From NCBI GenBank assembly GCA_964016885.1, contig OZ024742.1, forward strand, positions 70,742,001-70,806,000: a stretch of 64,000 nucleotides of DNA, in the 5' to 3' direction. The notes below the pieces were generated by a model. It made no database searches and had not been told where the DNA came from. It saw nothing but the letters and a program-made list of their open reading frames with translations. The position numbers were made by a program, and so were the translations under genes. Origin of the DNA: Eledone cirrhosa (Eukaryota). Within the stretch, counting starts at the first letter, position 1. Every line of letters starts with the position of its first letter. Positions 1 to 12,172 of this stretch are shown piece by piece.

Positions 1-124
1 ACAATAAATCACATCTGTGTATAGTACATTGGTGTTGCTCCATTCAGGTTTACTAATGGGAGAGGGGTAAATCCAATGCAGTACTGTTGATCCTATCATT
101 GGCACATACACTCAAAAACATTAA

Positions 125-305
125 CCTTTTTGATACCATAAAACCCTTAGTTCTATGATGCAGAGCAGTTTATATAGAAGTGTTTATCTTAAAACCCTCA
201 ATTTTATGGAAGAACCTTTAAGTTATGTTCCAAATACCAACTTAATATTGTGAAAGTTATTTTACTAAATACCTCCAAATTATTTTTTAAATGGTAATGA
301 AAGGG
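125..305. mobile_element. piggyBac-type MITE (TTAA target duplication)
   Basis: TTAA at 121-124 and 306-309 flank imperfect terminal inverted repeats CCTTTTTGATACCA / TGGTAATGAAAGGG. Confidence 0.6.
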
Positions 306-1542
306 TTAAACATGAGTGGAAGACAATGTGAATAAGTTCAATTAATGATGACAAAGTACTATTTGCTCCAGAGCCACCTCACAAAACACTGCTGGAGAAT
401 GAACTTGCTGCAGTAATTCACCCAGCCAGTAGTTCAGAGTTTCAGCAGTGGTTAACCTTATTTTCTATTCAGTTACATGTACTTGTGTTGGTATTCAATC
501 AAGATGGGGTCAGCTGATTCCATGTGTTGGTTAAGTCGACTCCAACCATTGCATCCAGAGATCAGATGAAAAAAAAAACGTTTTTCTAATGAAACACCAT
601 CATGTATTAACCTTTAGTATTAAAAATTATTTAAAATTTACTTAATGAATAAATATATAAATAGTTTAGAATGAAAGTTTAAAACTATCCATGACCAACC
701 TTTACATATCTTACTCAAACATTTAAGAGTCCAAGACTCACCTGTGGCCAAACCCCCTGCTCCTTATAGTGCATGACCATATATGACTGAAATATGTTTT
801 CCATGTGTGGTGCGAACTGCTGGACTGATCGCAGTTATTTATGGTACAGACTGCTTGACTTACCACAGATTTATGTGTACAAGTCCGTACCACTTTTTTA
901 GGACTGAGGTCAATATAGAATCTTTCCACTTTCCAACATAAACTATTTATTTTTACTGTTTTTCAATATGAGCTTACCTTTGATATAAGATATTAAAATC
1001 CAAATTAGAAAAATCAGCAATAAAATATAAACACCTTTAACATGCATTCAGTACACCCCATAGCATTAAAATTGTGGTAACTGTGTGTTTGTAACAAGAC
1101 TAAATATTTAAAATATTTGCAAATAAAACAGGAACTGTAAGATTCAAATATTTTAAAAATGTTTTATATAACATAGAATATATATGTATGATGATATATT
1201 TATATAATGCATATTATATATGTATATATATAGTTATGTAATGAAGATTTTTGAATAGAGTTTACAAATATGAGTTGCAGTTTGTCTCTCATGAAAGATA
1301 GAAACCAGAGCAAGAACGTAAAATGTAAATGTTATACAGCAGCAGGCAAAAATGTATGTATGGATATTTTCAATGAAGAGTTACTCAACCACAGATTACA
1401 ACCATGATTACAAAAACAGTTGTAGAGAATCAAGAATGTTAAATATTAAAGCTGGATATGTTATAATTTTACATCAAATGTCACAAATATGACAAAACAT
1501 TCTGAAACAATGCTAATATTTAATATAAAATAATATTTAATA

Positions 1543-1603
1543 TAAAATAAAGTACCAGTAATGCACTGGGTAATTGCTGGCCTTGTGCCTAAAGTAGAAA
1601 CAA
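1543..1603 (+). mobile_element. 3' fragment of tRNA-derived SINE family 1
   Basis: TAAAATAAAGTACCAGTAATGCACTGGGTAATTGCTGGCCTTGTGCCTAAAGTAGAAACAA matches the tail of the fuller copies; flanked by duplicated AATATTTAATATAAA. Confidence 0.75.
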
Positions 1604-1860
1604 ATATTTAATATAAATGTGGTGGTATATTTTTCAATGAAGTTTGTATTTAAGAGCATTTATGACTAATTAACTTAGTTTTCTAAGATCTTTTACCATA
1701 GATATAACAACAGTTTGGTTTATTTAAAGTATGAATATGTATGTGTTGAATAAAAAGACAATGTTTGACTACAGAGCACAGCAGTGTTTCTCACCTCTCC
1801 AAGCATGTTTGTAAACATTCCATTTACCTTTGAGAAAATGTATTACCAGATATAAAAGTG

Positions 1861-3264
1861 TTATGGAATTTCAACTGTGTGAACACGCAGATGACTAGCC
1901 AAATTTCCATTACGAGAGAATGATTTACCACAGATATCACAGTGGAATGGTTTCACACCCGTGTGGAGACGTCTGTGACTGGTCATATTTCCCACAGTAG
2001 AAAATGATTTATCACAGATATCACAATGGTATGGTTTCTCACCTGTATGAATACGTACATGTCTAGTCAAATGATAGTTACGAGTAAACTTTTTACCACA
2101 GATATTACACTGATGTGGTTTCTCTCCGGTGTGAATACGCTTGTGAGGCGTTAGATCAGATCTTCTAAAAAATGTTTTACCACAGATATCGCAGGCATAC
2201 AATTTCTCACCAGTGTGAATATGTATATGAGCAGCTAAAGAAGCTTTCTGAGAAAATGTTTTACCACAGATATCACAGTGATACGGTTTCTCACCTGTGT
2301 GTGTACTTTTATGGGCAGTCAATTCATTATTCCGAAAGAATGTTTCACCACAGATATCACAATGGTAAGGTTCTTCTCCTGTGTGTGTACGTTTGTGAGC
2401 AGTCAAGGTATTATTACGAGAGAATGACTTATTACAGATATCACAGTGGTATGGCTTCTCACCTGTGTGAGTTCGTTTATGATTAACCAAATGTAGGTGC
2501 CTAAAAAATTTGTCACCACAGATATCACAAAGATATGGTTTCTCACCCGTATGACTACGTTTGTGAACAGTCACTTCGCTACTACGAGAAAATGTTTTAC
2601 TACAGATATCACAGGAGAACGGTCTTTCACCTGTGTGAGTACGCTTGTGAACAGTGAGGATACCCTTACGAGAGAATGTTTTACCACAGGTATCACAGTG
2701 GTATGGTGTCTCACCTGTATGCGTTAGTTTGTGAATATTCACCTCAGTCTTATGAGAAAATATTTTACCACAGATATCACAATGGTATGGTTTCTCTCCT
2801 GTGTGAGTACGTCTGTGAACAGATAAGTCACCATTATAGGAGAATGTTTTACCACAGATATCACAACAGTATGGTTTTTCACCTGTGTGAATACGTTTGT
2901 GATTAGTCAAATAATCACTCCGAGAAAAAGATTTACCACAAATATCACAGTGGTATGGTTTCTCCCCTGTGTGACTACGTTGGTGTCTCACCAAGCCTCT
3001 ATTGTTAGTATATGTTTTACCACAGGTATCGCAGCGAAATGGTTTCTCACCTGTAGGAGTACGTTTTTGTAATGATGAGCTGTTTGTAGTAAAATCTTTA
3101 TGATGAGTATCTGAACTAATGCTTTCCTGTTCTCCAAATGTCTTTGTGTTAATGTCACAGAGGTATAGTTTATCATCTACATCTTCCTCAGTTTGGTGAG
3201 GAAATTTATTATTCTCAGATTGTGTTTCTTCATAAACCTGACTCTCACTCTGTTTCTCCTCCAT
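1861..3264 (-). CDS. C2H2 zinc-finger protein (ZNF-1), 467 aa, 14 fingers, no KRAB/SCAN/BTB
   Basis: Intact ORF with 14 C-x2-C-x12-H-x3-H fingers and TGEKPY linkers; acidic leader shared with paralogues. Confidence 0.95.
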   Translation of the reverse strand: MEEKQSESQVYEETQSENNKFPHQTEEDVDDKLYLCDINTKTFGEQESISSDTHHKDFTTNSSSLQKRTPTGEKPFRCDTCGKTYTNNRGLVRHQRSHTGEKPYHCDICGKSFSRSDYLTNHKRIHTGEKPYCCDICGKTFSYNGDLSVHRRTHTGEKPYHCDICGKIFSHKTEVNIHKLTHTGETPYHCDTCGKTFSRKGILTVHKRTHTGERPFSCDICSKTFSRSSEVTVHKRSHTGEKPYLCDICGDKFFRHLHLVNHKRTHTGEKPYHCDICNKSFSRNNTLTAHKRTHTGEEPYHCDICGETFFRNNELTAHKSTHTGEKPYHCDICGKTFSQKASLAAHIHIHTGEKLYACDICGKTFFRRSDLTPHKRIHTGEKPHQCNICGKKFTRNYHLTRHVRIHTGEKPYHCDICDKSFSTVGNMTSHRRLHTGVKPFHCDICGKSFSRNGNLASHLRVHTVEIP

Positions 3265-3935
3265 AATGTCATTTGTTGTTCACAAAATACAAGGATGATT
3301 AATTCTTTATATTCCTTTTTAAAGTCAATTTAGGAATGTATAAAGCAAAGTGACAGTGTGATTAACATACTAGACGACTGAGCACAGGGTCATGAGATTA
3401 AAACTTACTGCTGATAATACAGTATTTTCTCCGACAGTAACAAATTAAGATGTAAAAATATCTGTAGTTTCGCCTCAAATATAAATAAATTTTGTAATTA
3501 AATCTAATCAACTGAAAGATGGCTATATTTGTTCCAGTACGAAAAATATCTAGCTTATAATCTGTTGGTTAAGTTTTCTATTAAATTTCTGAAGTTCCAT
3601 CATTATACAGAATCCAGGAAATATAATTCCAATCAACTTGGAAAAGTTTCTGTTAAGTTAGATAACTTCTGTCACACGTATTCTTCATAAAGTAATTTCT
3701 TCAGTTTTTACATTCTTTATAAATTTGTTGGTGTGTGTTGTGTAAGAACTTGTACCAGATAAGCTGAAATATATAGGCAGTAGAAAATATATGAGATTAT
3801 TAAATGTCAACAAAGAGTGTATTAGAGAGTTTACTTGACTAGAGATATTGAAATATAGAACTAGAAAGGGAGAGAGAATATTTCCAGAGAAAAGAAGCAT
3901 AGTATAGACAGTAAGATAATCAGGTAGGTTACTTT
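3265..3935 (-). promoter_or_regulatory. Conserved 5'UTR and splice-acceptor block of ZNF-1
   Basis: Clearly homologous to 14492-15240, 24747-25040 and 62180-63085; conserved minus-strand TTTYAG acceptor at 3764-3765 (also 15051-52, 24958-59, 62934-35). Confidence 0.7.
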
Positions 3936-4629
3936 AATTTCATAAAAAAATATAATGAAGAGGCACATTTTTAATTGCCTTTATTTGAACAGATAGACAG
4001 GTTTCCTTTATTTACAATAAAAGACGTTTTCAACTTTCACCTCCACAGAGACACAAAGTATATTTCGATAATTCGTTTCTGTTTTTATCTCATTTAATTT
4101 TCTAGATATTTCCCTGGTTTTCCTCCATGTTCGATTATGTGAGAAATAACAGAGAGCATGCTTGTTTCATAAAAATAAAGATTTCATATCGACACAAAAT
4201 AACATAAAATGAAAATTTACAGTTCACATCTATGCAGGTTTAACTAGCCTCATACTACTTTGTACCTCATGGGAGCACCTGTCCATTCCTCACACAAAAT
4301 AATATTTTATAATTATAATTTTGATGTGATGTCATAACACTTAACTTTCATAAAATATGTTTATATTCTTCGGTTTATTTCCTTTGTCGAGCTTATAAAT
4401 CTATACAAACACGTACTGAAAATAACATACGATATAGTTGTGTAAGGTGATGCACTGAACAGATGCTAACTTAACGTAGCAGCGTATTAATAGATAAAGA
4501 TTCTAATGTGGCTACCAAATAAAAAAAAAAATAAAAAAGGAATTCAAATGATTGAAATTATATAACATCCCTTTGCCTACTTAAATGCAAACATACTTTA
4601 TAATACAAAATACTTAAAATAAAGAATAT

Positions 4630-5230
4630 GTGCGAATACACAATACAGGCTTGGTCAACTTCCGAAAAGATACAGGAGCTGTTGAAAGAATCCAAAAGAC
4701 AACAAAAATACCACCTTAATTAAGACAGCTGTTAAACTAAATTATTATTATTACACCTGTCTGGGAGATGGGTGTAATAATAAAAACATCTTTAGTGTAT
4801 AAGTTTGATTAGAAAGTGAAATTTAGGTCTCTGTGGTTTTTAATGTGTTTAGAACGAATATGGCCTTCAAAATCGTCGTAAATAACTCGTTTTCTGTGGT
4901 GTCTTCATCCGAGAATTATACACCACAATAAATACTTGCGGATGCAAAAAACTATAAATTACAACTTTAGAGGAGAGAAGGGAAGAGGCATGAATGATAG
5001 AATATTTAAATTTATGAAAAAACTTGAAAATATAAATGCTAGTACACTATTCTAGAAAATATAAGTTTAAGACAAAATTATGCACTTCATAGAGAATCAA
5101 TGCTCTAAAGACATCAGAAAATAACTCTCAAAGTTAGTCGGGAATGGAATAGTTTGCCAGGCCATGTAGTAAATGCCACAACAATGATGTTTTTAAAATA
5201 AATATAAATGATATAACATGAATGGATAGA
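4630..5230 (+). mobile_element. Degraded CR1-like LINE 3' fragment
   Basis: Remnants reading ..D..AVERIQK..TK.., TLEERR, WNSLPGHVVNA; interrupted by an insertion at about 4740-4950. Confidence 0.55.
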
Positions 5231-5309
5231 TTGAAATTCATTTGATGAGTAGAAGCGTGCAGACAGTACTAAGCAGTACTGAGTGAATCTCGCTAAACTT
5301 CAACTGGTA

Positions 5310-5860
5310 TAAATAATAATACTTACATATTAATAGATAATAGACTAAATGTAGAATATGTCAGAAGCTACGTTGGTGTGAACGACAGCTTCCGGGGAAC
5401 TTTAAGATTTTACAGCAAACACCGAATTTCCATTTTCAGGTCAACATAATTAACTAAGTAAAACCTTAGTTGCAGGCGTTCCCGTACGTTTAAAAGCTTC
5501 CTTAAACTGAATAGCCAGCCAAGTTTCTGACATTAAAGTATTCCCACATTAAACAGTCTTAATTAGCATAACAATGACATCACAATAATAATAATAAAAA
5601 TACCGGTATTTACCTATTTCTTTTCACAGTTAACCACCAACCAATCAAATATATTTAATAAGGATCCATCTAAATGTCAAATATAAAGTGGATGTCATCA
5701 CGAAGTAATTTTCAAGTGGAGTGAAAATGAATATGTCGGACAGATCTTACAAAAATATTCATCCTCTGCTTCACTCTAGGCAGCAGCAGCAGCCACAGCA
5801 GGTCCTCTGAACAATAGCGGGAAGTGAACAGAAATTACGGGAGGGGGAGGTAACTCTAGT
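5310..5860 (-). promoter_or_regulatory. Putative non-coding first exon and promoter module of ZNF-1
   Basis: Minus-strand GTAAGT donor at 5321-5326; GGAAGTGAA and GGAGGTAACTC boxes; homologous modules at about 16.9, 29.1 and 56.2 kb. Confidence 0.55.
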
Positions 5861-6632
5861 GTAATTAGTCATGACAGACTATTTCTAATTTTAGTTTTGA
5901 AATGTCTATTTGAGCGTTTCTCAACCGGTGTTCCCTGAAATCCTAGAGTTCTGCAAGAAACAATGATAATTGCATCTTTGAGTAATTTTTGTTTAATTCT
6001 ATATTCGTACTTTTACTATGCACGTATGGCATATTGTTGGAAAACCCTTGGTTATTATAATAAAGACTTTCGACCTATATAAAAGAGATAGATATTAATA
6101 ATAGTATATAATATTTTTTATGTAAGGGATCCCTGATGGGTAATCGTTAATTTTTTTTACTTCGATTAAAAATAATATAATTTGTTTTATCGAATGTTTT
6201 GTTAAAATTAGAATGGCAAGTTTTCGGCGGAGCTGTTCTGCTAGAGAAAGAGTTGCATGTCGTGGATAGCGATTCGACCACAAAATATGATGGATAGTTG
6301 CGATATAAGTAGGCACCTGCTGGACGAATAAGTGTATCGAAATGAAATATAGTTGAAGTGGAGGATGAGTTGTAGCTACGAATTTGATTGTTGATTGTAG
6401 CGTGCTTAAATGTTGTTGAGTGGATGTAGCGATGGAATGAATTGGTTTGTTGTTGAGCGTAGCAGAGGTTGTTGTAGTTTGTGTTGTTGGCTTGCTGGGT
6501 GATTATACATAAGGTAAACATTGTGGGTGTGTGGAGAAAAGGCCGGGGAATAAACAAGTAAAACATGGTTGCTACTAAAAATATATTTATTAAGTTAATA
6601 GCATGTTACGAGGCTATCGTGGACAATATAAT

Positions 6633-6807
6633 TGTTTCCACTTTTGGCACAAGGCCATCAATAAACCAGTGCATTACTGGTACTTTATTTTATAGACCCC
6701 GTAAGGATGAAAGGCAAAGTTAACCTCGGCGGGATTTGAACTCAGAATGGCAGGGGCTGTAACTCTATACGTCAAAGCATGGTGTCCGACACTGTCAATC
6801 CACCGCC
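6633..6807 (-). mobile_element. tRNA-derived SINE family 1, near full length
   Basis: B box GAGTTCAAATCCC on minus strand; 18-bp TSD TATCGTGGACAATATAAT (6615-6632, 6808-6825). Confidence 0.9.
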
Positions 6808-7399
6808 TATCGTGGACAATATAATGAAAACAAGGTTTAAGTTGTTGTGATATATGCATGTGTGCAATGGTTTAAAATATGGTATTTACCATCTTTCTGT
6901 AATGAGATGATGGTCGTTTGTCTGGCAGCGAGAGAGACCAAGAGAGGGAGAGAAAGAGAACCACAAGGTCTGTGAGACACAATGAACTACATCTTAACTA
7001 ATTTAAATACTTTCCGCAACTACCTTGTTGACTCCGATAGCTGCTATATATCAACTTGCAAATAGATGTCGATTTTAATGTCAAAATTGTAGACACTGTG
7101 ATGCCTAAAGAACGATTACAATAGAGACTTATCTATGAGGCCACACAAGGTCAAATTTTTGGTGGCCGGTTGATAGACCGAATGAAACCCTATTGAAGGG
7201 AGTATCAAATTACTGCTACATAAGCAACCCTGAACCAATAGCAGTAAACTACTAAAGGAGATAGAACAATGGGTGACACCTTTAGTTCACAAAAAAACAC
7301 TCACAACTCAGTGATGACCTATGACAAGGCCTCTAAAAAGACTAATTTTCACAGGTCTGAGAAAAGTACCAGATTGGTAACTGACACAAATAATACGAC

Positions 7400-8740
7400 C
7401 AAAACTGCAATGTGGTTAGAGGTAACAAAAAGAATCATACCATATTGTCCATTGTGTGGGTTAATTTCAGGCTTTAGATAGTGGTCTGTTCAAAAAATAT
7501 ATTGCAGTCTCCATTTCATGCTGTAAAACCTGGCAATGGACCTGCGTAGTGTCCTAGGAGGCATGGGATGGAGCACAAAGATTGCATATCATGAGAGCCC
7601 AAAGAGGGAGCAAACTATAACAATTGGAAACTGGAATATCACAGCCCTTATAGGTAAAGAGTAGGAATGAGTAGACTAGGCTAGATATAGTCAAGGTTTC
7701 CTCAACAAAATTCCATGGCTCAGATACTGTAGATTTAGATGGAGGATGGAAACTAAACTATTCAGGTGCGGCACAAGAAATGACATCACAGGTGGGAGTG
7801 GGAATACTCACAGTCCCCCGTCAGAATGTGTTATGGCCTGGATTCCACTAGGAGGAAGAATTTGCTTCTTGAAGCTTAGGCTGAAAGACAGGTCTCTGAG
7901 GATGGTGCAAATCCACGTATCAATCGAGGAGTCTGAATACAGATCCTTCCTTGATGAAGTCACATCAGTATTAGATGTAGTTAAGATTGAGTCATATATC
8001 CTAATGGGAGACTCCAATGCATATGTTGGCACTGACCACTTCACATGGAAAGGAGTGATTGGAAGGAACAGTGATCCTGATTTAAATACAAATAGCAAGG
8101 CCTTATTAGAATTCTTTTCTAGCAATGGACTCTCTCAGGAATGCATCTAAGATTTTCCTCTCTTCAGAGAGGTGTATCCTCACAAGGTGGAAAGAATACT
8201 TTGCTGATCTATTGAATACAACAGCCTCTTCTGATGTACATGAGATGCATCTGGGAGCGATCACTAATCTCTTGAAGGTTGAGGTCACAAAAGCAATTAA
8301 AGGGCTCAAATGTGGCAAGGCCTTCAATAGAGAAGGTATTCTCTGATTGACTCATGTGTGCTGGGTGGCCTGGATCTCTGGAAAGGCACCTAAGTAATGG
8401 CAATTGGGAGTGATAATTCCGATTTTCAAAAGGGAGACAAGAGAGATTACTCCAATTATAGAGGAATCTCCATGTTGGGCCTTACTGATAAAGTCTATAC
8501 CAAGTGTTTGGCAAAAAGATGTAAGGAGATTGTCCAATGTAGGAGTCACCTTGCTTGTTCATAATCTTCATGGACAGGATTGACATGTGCACCTGGGCTG
8601 GAAGTGATCATGTGGCAGGTGAAGGATCAGTTGGCTGGAATTTGCGGATGACATGGTACTACTTAACTCATGGGTTTGATGTTAAGTGCTGCATGGCTGG
8701 GATGAAAATCAGTGCTGCAAAGATTGATTTTCATTCATGA
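7400..8740 (+). mobile_element. Degraded RTE-clade LINE (APE endonuclease and RT remnants)
   Basis: TIGNWNITAL, LMGDSNAYVG..WKGVIGRN, ILTRWKEYFADLLN, LFIIFMDRI motifs with frameshifts and deletions. Confidence 0.75.
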
Positions 8741-8769
8741 GGGTTCAACAGTTTTTTTCAGTTAATTTT

Positions 8770-9190
8770 TTATGATTATGCCTTAAGTGGCACTTTAGTC
8801 CAGTTGCTGATTTACACATCAAGCCGCATTTAGTGCAGATAACAGGATTTTGAGAGCAGTAGGATAGAATATTTGATCTGATCTTGGTGTTAGATCTAAG
8901 ATTTCAAAGATGGACCAAGCAGGATTTTACATTTCTTTTTACCTTCAAGGCAGACTGTTCTCTATTTTCCATGGTCAGCAGCTAGGGCTTCAAAAGAAGT
9001 GAGAGGTATGTTCCAGATTTAAGATTGTACCTCATTTAGTCTTTATAAATGAGTAATGGTCTGCCTACATTACATGCACCATTATGAAGTTGACTGTATA
9101 ACAATACCTTGGATGTATAGCCCTCAGTCATCCATAGAACATGACCAGCCCATTTAAATTGGGATTGCAAAAGAAATGCGACGAAAATCA
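8770..9190 (-). mobile_element. RTE/BovB-like LINE 3' fragment
   Basis: LLQSQFKWAGHVLWM..KVLLYSQL..G.CNVGRP..YKD. Confidence 0.7.
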
Positions 9191-9263
9191 AGTATTTTAT
9201 CTTTATTTTTGTCTCCGCGTACACAACCTGTGTTCACCATGTTTCCTTTATAACTGTTATGCA

Positions 9264-9316
9264 ATGCACCTGATGATGTCACTGGAATCTTACTAGTCAT
9301 TTGAAATATAGTGCCT
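9264..9316 (+). ncRNA. Candidate minimal type I hammerhead ribozyme (Penelope pLTR-like remnant)
   Basis: GCAC-CTGATGA-stem II (ACTGG/CTAGT)-GAAA-TATA-GTGC, followed by AATAAA. Confidence 0.5.
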
Positions 9317-9419
9317 GTAGAATAAAAACTTTAAAGGAATTTCAACTTTCCAGCCTCCTGTCACTTTATTCAATATGTATATATATATACCCCACACTGT
9401 TAAGTGGTCGTGTAAGTGT

Positions 9420-9945
9420 CACCACAAAAAGCACCCAGCCCACGGTGTTAAGTGGTTGTGTAGAAGTCACGACAAAAAGCACCCGGCATACACTGTAAAT
9501 GTGGTTGGCGTTAAGAAAGGCATCCAGCTGTAGAAATCTAACCAGAAACAGTTCTATATGAGTAAGACGCAGTTACTTGACCTAACTTGCCTCTAATGAG
9601 ACAACCCAACCATGCCAGCGTGGAAAATGGATCTTAAACGATGATGATGGTATACATATAAGCTGTGTAAGCCATGTTAGCATGGAAAAAAATGGTCATA
9701 AAGTGATGATCATATCATCATTTAACGCTAGCATGGGTTAGACGGGAATTGTCCCACTTGAGGCAAGATTGATTGGGTGACAGTGTCTTGCTCGTATAGG
9801 ACTGTATCTGGCAGGTTTTCTACGGCTGGATGCCCTTCCTAAAATCCACCACATTTACAGTGTGGACTGGGAGCCTTTTTACTGTGTCTCCTACATGACC
9901 ACTTTACAACATGGACTGGGTGCTTTTTTGTCGTGACACCTACAT
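9420..9945. mobile_element. Two opposed RTE/SINE 3'-tail fragments
   Basis: Tail motif GGTTGGCGTTAAGAAAGGCATCCAGCTG then (GAT)n on plus (about 9420-9650); reverse copy at about 9712-9945. Confidence 0.75.
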
Positions 9946-10645
9946 ATATATATATGTATGTGTATATATATATTAACATAACATACAAGTCCCTACCTCT
10001 CAAAAGTCAATACAGCATCTTTCCATTGCTTCTAACCTAAAGTCTGCTATATTTTTTTAACTGTTACACAACATTTTTGGTGAAGTCTTAAATAGTATAA
10101 AATGCAGCAATAAAAGATGAACATTTATAACATGCACTCGGTACACTCTGTTAAATTATGACAACTGTGTGTCTGTAACAAAATTAAATATTGAAAATAT
10201 TCTCAAAAACATTAGGAAATGTAACAAAATATTTTAGAGAATTTTATATAATGCAGATTATTTATGTATTATTATTATTTTCATATAATGTACTCACACA
10301 CACGCATATACATATATGTATGTAATGAGGATTTTTAACATAATTTAAAACATTTGTTTAAAACTTGTCTTCCATAGAAGAGAAAAATTTAAACCAACGG
10401 AAGAATATGAATGTCAGTGTTACACCGTGGCAGATAAAGATGTGTATGGATATTTCCAATGAAGAGTTTCTCAATCATAGATGTGTTATTTAACAAAAAC
10501 AGTTGTAGAGAATCAGGGATGTTAAATATTAATGCTATGTATTTTATAATTTTACAACAAATGTAATAAATATGACAAAACATTCTGAATCAATGCTAAT
10601 ATTTCACAATAAAACTGTATGTAAATGAGTATATATATATATATA

Positions 10646-12172
10646 ATCATCGTCCGTTTTACGTCCATTCTTCCACGCTAGCATGGGTTAGACGAGTTGT
10701 CCTGTTGTGGGCAGTCTCCAGTCGGCTGACCTTGTCTTGTTCACACGGGAACTGATTTTGGCTTGATTTCTACAGCTGGATGCCCTTCCTAACACCAACC
10801 TCATTTACAGTGAGTGCTGGGTGCTTTTTTTCCGTGGCGCTTACACAACCACTTTGCAGTGGGAGGGGGTGGAGGAATATTGTCTATATGCTTCAGCTTT
10901 GGCTTGTACCCGTGGGAAGTCAGGTCTTCTGTATTACTGTGTGACGCCAGCGGTCACGGTCCTGTGTCATTGCCTTTGAGAGGTGCAATTGAGTAAGATC
11001 ATTTTTTATCACCTTATCCACATACTCCCTCCACAACACTGACATCAAAAAGTCCTCTTGTGAACGTGACCTGGGCATTACTGTCAGCAACGATTTGCGT
11101 TGGACAAAGCATGTCTCTAAGATTGTCAAGAAGGCCGAGGGTGTCTTGGCATCACTCAGTAAGACCTTTGTTAGCCGCTCTCCAGCCATCTATTTAAAAC
11201 TGTATACAGCTATGGTACGACCACACTTGGAATTCGCATCATCAGTCTGGAACCCCTATCTTGCTCGGAACATTGACCTCCTGGAAACTGTTCAGAGACG
11301 TGCAACCAAGCGCATACCCTCCATCAGACACCTACCATACTCTGAACGCCTTGCTTCCCTGGGCATGGATTCATTGAAGCTCCGACGTCTGGCAATGGAC
11401 TTGGTGAATACCCACAAAGTTTTTAACCATCTCGCCAACTGCAACCCTGAGCGCCTCTTTGATCTCCATGTGTCTAACACACGTGGACATGCCTACAAGA
11501 TAAGAAAACAGCACAGCTCCCATGACTTTCGCAGACATTTTTTCACGCTCAGAGTTGCTGAAGCATGGAACAAACTGCCTGCGTCAATTGTTAGCTGCCG
11601 AGACACTGCATCCTTTAAGACACTCATGCTTCCCGAAATACGCCAAAACTACACCTGATGTACCCCTTCCATACACATGCACACGTGTGTGTATCATGAC
11701 TCGTGCACTGTTCATTTTACGAATGTTTGTGCATTGCCCTATGTACTGTACATGCACTTTTTTGATGAGTTGTGGTGCACCTGGGCACTGTACACAATAT
11801 TTCATTATTGTTATTGTTATTATATCATGACTCATACACTGTTCATTTTCCTGGCATTTGTACATTATTCTATGTACTATACATGCACCTTTGATGAGTT
11901 GTAGTGCACCTGAGCACTGTACACAATAATTTCATTATTATTATTATTATTATCCCAGGTCTTCTTGGGTCTCCCCACTCCACGGCTTCCATCGACTTCT
12001 AGTGCTCTGCAGCTTTTTATCTTTCATACGCATGACATGTCCATACCAACGCAACCTTCTCTCCAGCACACAGCATTTGATTCCTCTTATGCTCAGTCTC
12101 TCTCTCAATTCGTTTATGCTTTGCCGTTCGCATATATTACTATTACTCACCCATTGGAGCATGCAAGCTTCA
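10646..12172 (-). mobile_element. RTE subfamily A 3' fragment split by a CR1 insertion
   Basis: 10646-11019 is the tail; 11950-12172 encodes ..RERLSIRGIKCCVLERRLRWYGHV.., matching the copy at 21.1-21.7 kb. Confidence 0.85.
11020..11949 (+). mobile_element. CR1-clade LINE, 5'-truncated, young
   Basis: ORF 11095-11658 YTAMVRPHLEFASSVWNP..LETVQRRATKRI..YSERL..WNKLP; duplicated 3'UTR; (ATT)n tail; TTATCC TSD. Confidence 0.9.

Noticed and set aside
2172-3072. Plus-strand MFYHRYH.. ORFs (also at 13.4-14.1 kb and 22.9 kb)
   Set aside because: Antisense shadows of the 84-bp finger repeat.
5912-6050. Possible hAT MITE
   Set aside because: TIRs too degenerate and no TSD found.
6095-6566. Possible L1-like 3' end or small gene (139-aa ORF)
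   Set aside because: Only a weak hint (IHHILWSNR); insufficient to call.
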